A program made the translations under genes and the position numbers. Below are positions 15,425 to 23,441 of a stretch of DNA of 38,286 bases, piece after piece (the first letter of the stretch is position 1; each line of letters begins with the position of its first letter). Location of the stretch: IMG/VR virus record IMGVR_UViG_3300045988_086281, one strand, 5' to 3'. This DNA comes from a virus. The notes under the pieces were generated by a model. The model was not told the DNA's origin. It did not search any database and saw nothing but the letters and a program-made list of their open reading frames with translations.

Positions 15425-15701
15425 ATTATCACCCCTTTATACATATATATGATAAATTACGTAATTTTATTATAGTTTACGAAGATAATCACGTTTAAAT
15501 AGCTTCTATCAAGTTTTGCTCCGTCCTACTCCTTCTACGTCTTAGATTCCCTTCGCTACTGCCATTTATTCACCCTCCCAGTCTGCGACTGTGAGTGCGC
15601 ATAAACAACATTCGCTACGGTATATCTGCGCCTACGAAGAAGTATGCCATCGCATACATAATGTTGCTATGTAATTTGATAGTTTAGGAGGAATAAAAGC
15701 A

Positions 15702-15833
15702 ATGAGTAATTATCATAATAAGATTAGAAATGATTATAGACGCATAAAAAGACAACGCATTGAACTATTAAAGGCTAGAATTGGATTTGGATTTATCGTG
15801 TTTGTGATGTGTTTATTCTATTTCTTTGGATAA
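15702..15833 (+). CDS. Small membrane peptide (43 aa: basic N-terminus, hydrophobic C-terminus)
   Basis: AGGAGG RBS 8 nt upstream. MSNYHNKIRNDYRRIKRQRIELLKARIGFGFIVFVMCLFYFFG. Convergent with the endolysin gene. Confidence 0.5.
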   Translation: MSNYHNKIRNDYRRIKRQRIELLKARIGFGFIVFVMCLFYFFG

Positions 15834-15910
15834 GCTATTTCCGAATTAAATAGATAATATAGATTTTAATATGCAATTCGTTTAAAAAAATGCAAGTACA
15901 AATAAAAAAT

Positions 15911-15938
15911 AGCCCCAATGGAATAATCCAAAGGGGCT
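15911..15938. terminator. Bidirectional intrinsic terminator between the small plus-strand ORF and the endolysin
   Basis: Stem agcccc pairs with ggggct, with an A-run upstream and a T-rich tract downstream. The T-run is stronger when read on the minus strand. Confidence 0.7.
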
Positions 15939-15943
15939 TTAAT

Positions 15944-16702
15944 TTATGCAGCAAGCGATTTAATTGTCTTGGTTCCTACCGTACCTAGGCGCTTAATCTT
16001 AAGTTCTGTATGAGACTTCTGGTAAGCTACAACAGCAGCATACGTTTTCGAGCCAAATTCTCCATCTACCTTAAGGTTAGCACCGTTTTTGTTAAGTTCA
16101 TATTGCAGCCACTTAACATCTTCGCCTTTGTCTCCTTTTTTGAGTTCTCTTGTTGGCTTTTTATATGGATTGGTTTTCTCCATAGCTTTTTTAACGTCTT
16201 TACGGAAGTCATCCATATCTTTCCCATACTTAGGGAACCAATGCATAACATCTGCATGATTAGATCCATAGCCTAACTTATGAGCTTCACAATGGCAAAC
16301 AATATCATCACTATCAATCTTGTATTCTTTACAGATTTCCGCAAATACTTCTACCGCTTTGTTATAGCAGTCAGTAAAGTATTCTTTGTCCTTCAAATCA
16401 TCTTCTGCAATCTCAACCTGGATAGCACAACTGTTATAGGAACCTTTGCTACCTTTGCCAACTCCGGCGGCTTTTTTCGTAAATGGAAGTAATTGAACAA
16501 ATTCAACATTTCCGTCCTTGTCTTTACCGATAACCCCATGAACGGAATTTCTAGCTGTTTTACTATTCCAACTATTGGTCCATCTACTTAAATTAGGATT
16601 ATTGCATCCTGTGCTATGTAATACCATCTTTGTTGGTTTGATTGTTCCATAGTTATAAAATGGATTCAACTTGCATAACATTTGTTTGAAATTCAATCCC
16701 AT
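15944..16702 (-). CDS. Endolysin: N-acetylmuramoyl-L-alanine amidase (Amidase_2/PGRP-like) with a C-terminal PG_binding_1 domain
   Basis: MVLHSTG...VHGVIG...CHCEAH Zn-amidase pattern. C-terminal KGDKGEDVKWLQYELNKNGANLKVDGEFGSKTYAAVVAYQ. Confidence 0.85.
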   Translation of the reverse strand: MGLNFKQMLCKLNPFYNYGTIKPTKMVLHSTGCNNPNLSRWTNSWNSKTARNSVHGVIGKDKDGNVEFVQLLPFTKKAAGVGKGSKGSYNSCAIQVEIAEDDLKDKEYFTDCYNKAVEVFAEICKEYKIDSDDIVCHCEAHKLGYGSNHADVMHWFPKYGKDMDDFRKDVKKAMEKTNPYKKPTRELKKGDKGEDVKWLQYELNKNGANLKVDGEFGSKTYAAVVAYQKSHTELKIKRLGTVGTKTIKSLAA

Positions 16703-16911
16703 TACTCTTCACCTTCCTTAATCTCTGGAAGCCCTGCTACGCTAGTTAATAATGATAAAACCCCAGCCAATGCGCTAGCTGATACCACCATAATCAAATC
16801 AACTTCACCAAGTACACTAGCTGTTCCGATTGTCGCTACTGCTGTTTGTGCTACTGTTTTTACCACCCTCACTCCAGCTGCCTTTAACCAAGTTTTCATT
16901 TTTTTGTTCAT
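16702..16911 (-). CDS. Holin (phiLC3/LL-H-like family)
   Basis: TWLKAAGVRVVKTVAQTAVATIG plus a second TM helix and an acidic tail. Lies directly upstream of the endolysin. Confidence 0.8.
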   Translation of the reverse strand: MNKKMKTWLKAAGVRVVKTVAQTAVATIGTASVLGEVDLIMVVSASALAGVLSLLTSVAGLPEIKEGEE

Positions 16912-17207
16912 TATTCTTCATCCTTTCTTCCACTTAGTAAATTAATTTGTTTCCATGCGCTTTTAAGACTTTCATCGATCCTAGCAAGTTCCACTGTGTG
17001 CCTGCTTGATACTTCTTTTATATCTTTCATGTCGTCTCTTATGCTGTTTACATTTGATTGTATGTTTTCAAGTTTTACAATAACTGTTGTTAATTGTATT
17101 GATTCTTCTCGTGTCTCTTTTTTGAAATTTGTTTTTACTGCGTAAACTAGACTTCCTAACGCTACTAATACAGATAATGCGCTAATAACATATGATATGT
17201 TAATCAT
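16911..17207 (-). CDS. Membrane-anchored coiled-coil protein of the lysis cassette (XhlA-like?)
   Basis: N-terminal TM helix VISALSVLVALGSLVYAV, then a coiled coil. Position is upstream of the holin. Confidence 0.5.
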   Translation of the reverse strand: MINISYVISALSVLVALGSLVYAVKTNFKKETREESIQLTTVIVKLENIQSNVNSIRDDMKDIKEVSSRHTVELARIDESLKSAWKQINLLSGRKDEE

Positions 17208-17245
17208 TTGTTTCCCCTTTCTATTTTACAATCTTTTGTATATAT

Positions 17246-17278
17246 TAAAAAGAGCAATAAGCATTAGCCTACTGCTCT
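17246..17278 (-). terminator. Intrinsic terminator ending the tail operon
   Basis: On the minus strand, AGAGCA...TGCTCT hairpin followed by TTTTTAAT. Confidence 0.55.
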
Positions 17279-17285
17279 AATTCTG

Positions 17286-17417
17286 TTACTCGGTAACTAA
17301 TTCTTCATATCCTGCATCAATTAAAATCTCTTTTACTTGTTCCTTAAGTAATCTAGGTACTTGTGCATAAGTTTTCTTACCTAACATGATTTGATTTGCC
17401 CATAACATCGCCATCAT
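17286..17417 (-). CDS. XkdX-like small phage protein (43 aa)
   Basis: Hand translation MMAMLWANQIMLGKKTYAQVPRLLKEQVKEILIDAGYEELVTE. Typical position after the tail-fibre genes. Confidence 0.5.
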   Translation of the reverse strand: MMAMLWANQIMLGKKTYAQVPRLLKEQVKEILIDAGYEELVTE

Positions 17418-17432
17418 TGTTACACATCCTTT

Positions 17433-17594
17433 CTATTGGTATACTATTTCTGACATTTCAAGTAAACATGCCGTTAAATCATCTATTTGTTGCTGTAATT
17501 CTTCCTCTTTTGTTGGCACATATTCTATCGCATTAAGTTCGTCAATTTCTTCTTGAGTCATCTCAATATAGACTCCATTTACATATTTTTTCAT
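17433..17594 (-). CDS. Hypothetical small protein (53 aa)
   Basis: Hand translation MKKYVNGVYIEMTQEEIDELNAIEYVPTKEEELQQQIDDLTACLLEMSEIVYQ. Confidence 0.4.
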   Translation of the reverse strand: MKKYVNGVYIEMTQEEIDELNAIEYVPTKEEELQQQIDDLTACLLEMSEIVYQ

Positions 17595-17604
17595 TTATTA
17601 ACAC

Positions 17605-19206
17605 CTACCTTGCATAAATTTGTATAAGAGTACCCGCTCCAAACGGATTCTGAGTGTCTGTTCCATATCTTGGATTATATTCCGCAAAGTTTCTGCATAG
17701 CAATACTTGTTTAGCAGCACCTCCGATAACCTGCCATCCAGTAGAAAATTGGGTTGTTGATTCTAGAAAATAAAAGTCGCTACTAATTATTCTGATTGCA
17801 CAAAAATGTTTTGCAAAAGACGTATCATTTCCTATTAGTCCCGTTTTATATGCTGAAGAACCATATCCACCTTTTGTTTGATAATCTACAGTGTCTCTAT
17901 AATTACAGTATCCATCTATTCTTATTGTACCAGTACCAGTTGCATTAACAGAACCCTTTGCAAATAAGTCTATGAAAAAATATTTGTATCCTTGTTGATA
18001 TAGTTCATTTATTGGTAGATATATCATTTGAGTATCTTCTGTAATAGAGATTGTTTGTACTAATGAACAATCAGCTATATTACTATCCGAAGAACCGCTA
18101 CCACTTGTCCCATCTTCCCCATCATTAATAGTGATTACTTCAGTATGTGTAGCATCTTGAATATTTAAAGTAGTTACTTTTCCTGTCTTAGATGATGTAA
18201 CAATAGGACTAAATCCATCTGTGCCATTAGTACCGTCTGTACCATTAGTTCCATTAGTACCGTTAGTACCATCATTAATAGTAATTGTTTCTGTATGTGT
18301 AGCATCTGTTATGGAAAGAGTAGTTACACCATCAACTTTAGAAGATGTTACTGTAGGTGATACTCCATCTGTACCATCTTGTCCGTCAACACCATTAGTA
18401 ATAGTAGGTTTATCTGTTAAATCATTATAACTATGTGTATGCGTACTATCTGCCTTATTACTTAAAGCAGTATTCATAGCAGTAGTAGTAACATATCCAC
18501 TTAAGTCAACATCCCCTCCACTAAGAGAAGCATTAGCAATAGCAGTAGATACTTGCTCTGCTGTTTGATAATTAGAATCATTTGTTAAATCACTTACTTT
18601 AGTAGGAATTGTAGGAGTTCCAGTAATATCACTATATGCGTGTGTATGATTAACACTAGCATATTCAGTATGTGTATGTGTAGCGGTAGCATAACCGCTA
18701 AGGTCAATAGCTGCAATAGCAGTATCAACATATGTTTTCATTTCTGTTTCAGTAATTCCTGCTTGTACAGGATTTTCTGTTAAGTATTTATCTACAGCAG
18801 TAGCAATTTGTTCATCTGTTACTGTTCCAGATTGTAATGAATCAATCTTAGAGATAATTTGTTCGTAGATATTTTGTGTTGGAACTTCGGCATCCGTAGA
18901 CTCGCCGTAACAAGATGGCTTCAAGAATACCGCAGCATTAATAGTGGTATTCAAACTTCCACCAAACACGCCTACATTGAAACGGAAATAGTCTAATACT
19001 TCTACAGGAACTAAGCACTGATTGTTTGTAATTAGCTGCTTATATTTCTTACCGCGGCTAGTAAATATCGCTGTGTTCGTCTGATCCTGCCATTCATCAC
19101 TAAATGTAAATCTAACGTATATTTTATTTTTACTGTAAGTTATTACATCTGGTTGGTTTGTTACTGTAATTTTTTGGCCTTCTACTTTTAGATCAATATA
19201 ATACAT
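17605..19206 (-). CDS. Receptor-binding tail fibre / baseplate upper protein-like (BppU-like N-terminus, HxH fibre repeats, collagen-like tract)
   Basis: The start is moved to the ATG at 19204-19206 because the tracked GTG lies inside the AAGGTGGTG RBS. Contains HTHTEYASVNHTHAYSDITG and STHTHSYNDLTDKPT repeats and (GTN/GTD)x6. Confidence 0.75.
   Translation of the reverse strand: MYYIDLKVEGQKITVTNQPDVITYSKNKIYVRFTFSDEWQDQTNTAIFTSRGKKYKQLITNNQCLVPVEVLDYFRFNVGVFGGSLNTTINAAVFLKPSCYGESTDAEVPTQNIYEQIISKIDSLQSGTVTDEQIATAVDKYLTENPVQAGITETEMKTYVDTAIAAIDLSGYATATHTHTEYASVNHTHAYSDITGTPTIPTKVSDLTNDSNYQTAEQVSTAIANASLSGGDVDLSGYVTTTAMNTALSNKADSTHTHSYNDLTDKPTITNGVDGQDGTDGVSPTVTSSKVDGVTTLSITDATHTETITINDGTNGTNGTNGTDGTNGTDGFSPIVTSSKTGKVTTLNIQDATHTEVITINDGEDGTSGSGSSDSNIADCSLVQTISITEDTQMIYLPINELYQQGYKYFFIDLFAKGSVNATGTGTIRIDGYCNYRDTVDYQTKGGYGSSAYKTGLIGNDTSFAKHFCAIRIISSDFYFLESTTQFSTGWQVIGGAAKQVLLCRNFAEYNPRYGTDTQNPFGAGTLIQIYAR
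18214..18270 (-). repeat. 9-bp periodic collagen-like tract (GTNGTNGTNGTDGTNGTDG), flanked by an imperfect duplication of about 100 bp (about 18118-18213 and 18271-18369)
   Basis: The two copies encode KVTTLNIQDATHTEVITINDG and GVTTLSITDATHTETITINDG. Confidence 0.85.
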
Positions 19207-19282
19207 ATATATCACCACCTTATTTTTAACTTCACCACATATATTTTTGTTAATTTAATCTGCATTCTGGTCCCCACCGACT

Positions 19283-19471
19283 TCATTGTTGAATGCTCTT
19301 CCCGATTCCGAAGAATCTCCGCCAAGCCAGCACGGCTCTACTTGTAGTCACCTCTGCTACGTTCATGCCTAGAGTATTTGCTAAGAAATTCTTGTTGCTT
19401 TCTTCATTTATCAATTTCATACTCTGCCCTTCGACTGAAAACTTAGCAATTTTATTTACTATTTCTGCCAT
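19283..19471 (-). CDS. Hypothetical protein (62 aa)
   Basis: Tracked ORF. Its ATG overlaps the 3' end of the Tal gene. Confidence 0.4.
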   Translation of the reverse strand: MAEIVNKIAKFSVEGQSMKLINEESNKNFLANTLGMNVAEVTTSRAVLAWRRFFGIGKSIQQ

Positions 19472-22400
19472 GACTCAATTACCTCTTTTAGTTGATTGAT
19501 TTGATCTTGCATATTATTAATTTTTGTTTGCAATTCATCATTCTTTTTCCTGTTATACCAGTTCATTAATACATTCAATTCGTCATAACGTAAATTATAC
19601 ATTTCATAATTATTTCCGTTATCATCTTGCCATGTGTCTATACACACTAATCCGTATTCATCTAATGAAATTTCGCATTCTGCCATCGCTTCTACTACTT
19701 CCTGCGCTACTGCACCACTATGAAATCTATCAGAAGTACCATCGTTGTATTTAAACAACTGTAGATCTATCATGCTTGCAAGGTTATAATATCTATCATC
19801 AAATGCTGTAAAGCTGTTCTTAACATTTCGATCAGAAGTGGTTATTACACCGCTCGAATTATAAACTGTGTTAAAATATCCATAATTCCAACGATTAGAT
19901 GCTAAGCCAATTGTTTTAGCATCAGCATCAGAAGTTGATAATATTCTGTTAAACCTTCCGTCCGTACCATAAATTGGTCTGCTTATTTCAAATCCGATAT
20001 CAGCAATAAATGTTATATACCCTGATGTTCCATTAAAATTAGTTCCTTCATAAAAAGCAAGCTCGCTAGGCAATAATGATACACAACCATTTGGGCCTTT
20101 TATTGAATATGAAGTGGATTCATATTCTGTTAATTCGGTTATTGTAAATCCCTCGTACATATCAATCTTGTAGCTATCTGTCTGAGAAGTAAATGATGTT
20201 GCAGTAACACTACCAGTAATAACTGCATCCTTGGAATATAGCTGTCCATTAGACCTAAAATATGCTTTCCAATCATTATCATACATAATGCCAAAAACTG
20301 GATTATATGGATTTCCGTTAGCTGCTGTGTAAAAATCATTATTAAGAAGCACATATCCAACTTTGCCGTCTCCCATTGTTTTTGAACTATAAATTCTGGT
20401 CGCATCTGTTTCCCATCCACCTATTTTACACGTTCCGTCTGAATTAACTATTAGTCCATTATTTACGTTAACGTATCCGTTCAAATTGATTTTTTCAGCT
20501 GTAATAGTAATAGCGTTATACCATTGCTGTATTAATGAATTTACACCGTCTTTATCTACCTTTGTCGATATGCTATCCGATGTTTGAGTAAGAATAGATT
20601 CTTTCGTTGTGTTTAAATCATCATATGTAACCCTTGACGATATTTCATTTGATAGTTGAGTTATAACTGACTGCTTTGCTTCTGTTAATTGATCCTGCGT
20701 AACTTTTGATTCAATTTGGTTTGACAAAATTGTTACTTGCGCCGATATTTTCTTATCAACAGAATCTTCGCTTACTTTCATTTCAATTCTGCCTTTTGCA
20801 AGTGATATTTGTGTCATGCACTCAGTTAATACTCCATCGATAACCTCTTCGCTGAGCATCCCAGTAACAAACCCCTCAATGTCTCCAACTTTTGACATCA
20901 TGTTACTGTATGCGCTTTCCAACAAAGTTCTGTTCTTTTCTATCTTGTCTGCTATTTCCATATCTGCTTTGACTTGCAGATCTTGCAGAGAATATCCGAT
21001 GTTCCCGAAATTAAGCAACACGATTCTTTCACTAATACAGTCATACTCGATAAGATTCAATTTTGTATCTAAATCAACACCAAGTTTTGCATTTTTTACA
21101 ATGATTTCATCGCCAACTGATACACCTTGAATAATTGAATCAATTTCATAAGAAACCATTGGATACTTATATTTATCCAAGTGTTTCTGTGCTAATACTT
21201 CCAATTCTTCCTTTATTGCTTCATCTAAAGTATTTTTTACTGTTTGCGAATCCGTTGTTAAAGTTGATATTTTGCTTTCGTAATTTGCAGAGTTTTCTTG
21301 CTCAATAGATATTTTACTATTTAGTTCATATATTTCTTCTTCTATTTCGTATATATCTTCATACTTATCGTTTATTTCGTCAATCATGCTTTCTTTATCG
21401 TCAATTGTATCATCGGCATTGCAATAATCTATAATAAGATTATTACTTATTTTAAGCCCATACTCTTTCAGTAATGAAAACAATTCTGTAATGTCGTACT
21501 TTGTGATATCATCTATTGAAGCAAAATCATCAGTTTTTTGTTCCTGTAATTTGGTCTTCTTTGTCGTATATGTCGTTATTTTCTTTTTTACTTCACTTAA
21601 TTTAGTTTTATACGACTTCAAATCTTTCTTCTGTTCATCGATTGTTTTCTTTAATGCTTTTGCTTTTTCTTTATATTTTTTTGTTATGTACGTCTTGTAT
21701 AGATCCTGATTTGTTTCGATTGAGCTTTCCAAATACGAAATTTTTGTTTCATATGTTGTTTTTTTCTTATTTAAACTACTTAATTTCTTATTGTTGTAGC
21801 TAATCCCTTTATTCAATGCATCTATGCACATATTGTAAATTTCTTGTCGTGTAGCATAGCTTTCCGTTAGCATCTGTCTATATTTTTCTTTTATATACTC
21901 AACTTCGGAAATTAATGCATTATATTCGTCTATTTTTTCTGCAAGTTCTTGCTGATAGTTCCCTATATTATTGATAGACTTAGCATTATCATTCTCTGTA
22001 TCGTCAATTTCTTTTAATAACGAATTGTATTCATCTAGCAGCAATTGATAGTATTCAATATTTTCCAAATCAAATTCAACGTGTTTTGTATATATCTTAC
22101 CATATAAAGTATTATCTTCGAGATATTCCGAATCTATGCAATATTCCGTATCATTAAAAATTGCAGTAGGATATAACTTAGTAACTAGATTATCTATGCT
22201 ACAATACTCATTCATTAAAGAAAGATTTTTGCCATACTCAACAGTACGCTGACTTTTTTCTCCGACTGTGCTGCTTAACGAAACAGAATAGTTGTCTCTA
22301 GTCAAATAAAGATTATGGCTAGTTATCAATGCGTTAATCACTTCAAACAGGGTATTATAATGTATCTCAATATTTACATTATCGGTGCAACTAGAAGAAA

Positions 22401-22773
22401 TCGAAAATTGACAAGTTTCCGTTGTTCCGTTCGTTATGTTTACTATTGCATCAGAAAATGTTTCGTTATCAATTATCAAGTCTTTAATAAGAAAATCATT
22501 AGAATCATAAAACACGTGCCATGCTTTAAAATAAGTATAGTTTTCCATCGTCTCTGAATAGCTAATTCTAAAACCCTGCCATGATCCGTTGTAATAAACA
22601 GAAACAATAGAACGCTGAGGTAAGTATCTTACATTCTCATTACTTACCTCTAATTCCAAATAAAAGTCTCCGTTTAATTCATCGTGTACAAGTGCTTTAT
22701 GGCAAGAAATAATATAATCGCCGTTTGTTGTAAAAACAGTATCATTTTCTTTAAATACTTTTACTATATCCAT
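19459..22773 (-). CDS. Tail-associated protein (Tal-like N-terminus, long K/E/N-rich coiled coil, C-terminal peptidase_S74 intramolecular-chaperone domain)
   Basis: MDIVKVFKENDTVFTTNGDYII...ELNGDFYLELEV (minor structural protein N-terminus). C-terminal TSDRNVKNSF...FKYNDGTSDRFHSGAVAQEV. Confidence 0.8.
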   Translation of the reverse strand: MDIVKVFKENDTVFTTNGDYIISCHKALVHDELNGDFYLELEVSNENVRYLPQRSIVSVYYNGSWQGFRISYSETMENYTYFKAWHVFYDSNDFLIKDLIIDNETFSDAIVNITNGTTETCQFSISSSCTDNVNIEIHYNTLFEVINALITSHNLYLTRDNYSVSLSSTVGEKSQRTVEYGKNLSLMNEYCSIDNLVTKLYPTAIFNDTEYCIDSEYLEDNTLYGKIYTKHVEFDLENIEYYQLLLDEYNSLLKEIDDTENDNAKSINNIGNYQQELAEKIDEYNALISEVEYIKEKYRQMLTESYATRQEIYNMCIDALNKGISYNNKKLSSLNKKKTTYETKISYLESSIETNQDLYKTYITKKYKEKAKALKKTIDEQKKDLKSYKTKLSEVKKKITTYTTKKTKLQEQKTDDFASIDDITKYDITELFSLLKEYGLKISNNLIIDYCNADDTIDDKESMIDEINDKYEDIYEIEEEIYELNSKISIEQENSANYESKISTLTTDSQTVKNTLDEAIKEELEVLAQKHLDKYKYPMVSYEIDSIIQGVSVGDEIIVKNAKLGVDLDTKLNLIEYDCISERIVLLNFGNIGYSLQDLQVKADMEIADKIEKNRTLLESAYSNMMSKVGDIEGFVTGMLSEEVIDGVLTECMTQISLAKGRIEMKVSEDSVDKKISAQVTILSNQIESKVTQDQLTEAKQSVITQLSNEISSRVTYDDLNTTKESILTQTSDSISTKVDKDGVNSLIQQWYNAITITAEKINLNGYVNVNNGLIVNSDGTCKIGGWETDATRIYSSKTMGDGKVGYVLLNNDFYTAANGNPYNPVFGIMYDNDWKAYFRSNGQLYSKDAVITGSVTATSFTSQTDSYKIDMYEGFTITELTEYESTSYSIKGPNGCVSLLPSELAFYEGTNFNGTSGYITFIADIGFEISRPIYGTDGRFNRILSTSDADAKTIGLASNRWNYGYFNTVYNSSGVITTSDRNVKNSFTAFDDRYYNLASMIDLQLFKYNDGTSDRFHSGAVAQEVVEAMAECEISLDEYGLVCIDTWQDDNGNNYEMYNLRYDELNVLMNWYNRKKNDELQTKINNMQDQINQLKEVIESWQK

Positions 22774-23441
22774 CTTGCACCTACCTTTATCTCCCACGAT
22801 GTTGCTCCAGTAACAGTAATTTCGTTGTCACCTGGATTAAGTTCAATATTCCAAAAATCGCCGCTTATCTTTCTATTTTGCAATGTACCATCTTTATGGC
22901 ATTCCATATTTAATGTATCAACTGTAATATAACTATCAATTCCTGCTATGCTAAACGATTCATTTCCGTTAATTGATACAGTTACATTTGATCCATAAAA
23001 TTTAAATATTGGTTTACATGGAGCGTTTCCTTCGTTCGTAATTGTTTTGTTTCCTGTAAATGTAAGTGTGCTTTCATTGACTAAGTATTTATAAGGCTGA
23101 CATAACATTGCAATTGTAGCTTGTTTAAAATTTCGGAGTCTTTCATAGCTTTGTTGTGCTAAAAATCTAACATTATAATACTTATCTGGTTCATCGCTTG
23201 TAATTAATTTTCCCTCTCCTTGTAACCAGCCGATTACATTATTTAATAAAGATTTATTTTTCATTCCAATTACGATGCTTTTTTCATATGCCGTATACCC
23301 TAAATCATATATTTCAGTTCTATTTGAACCTTGGATATCATATCGTTCATACATTTTAGGTGGCTGCACAATAGGAGGTAAAGATTGCACGATAATTCCC
23401 ATATCTCTGCTATCTATATCATTAAATATAAAATAACTCAT
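22764..23441 (-). CDS. Distal tail protein (Dit, Sipho_tail-like)
   Basis: MSYFIFNDIDSRDMGIIVQSLPPIVQPPKMYERYDIQG. Sits between the tape measure and Tal genes. Confidence 0.8.
   Translation of the reverse strand: MSYFIFNDIDSRDMGIIVQSLPPIVQPPKMYERYDIQGSNRTEIYDLGYTAYEKSIVIGMKNKSLLNNVIGWLQGEGKLITSDEPDKYYNVRFLAQQSYERLRNFKQATIAMLCQPYKYLVNESTLTFTGNKTITNEGNAPCKPIFKFYGSNVTVSINGNESFSIAGIDSYITVDTLNMECHKDGTLQNRKISGDFWNIELNPGDNEITVTGATSWEIKVGARWI

Noticed and set aside
17605-19206. A diversity-generating retroelement acting on the repeated fibre modules.
   Set aside because: No reverse transcriptase gene and no template/variable repeat pair with adenine-specific differences can be seen anywhere in the genome.
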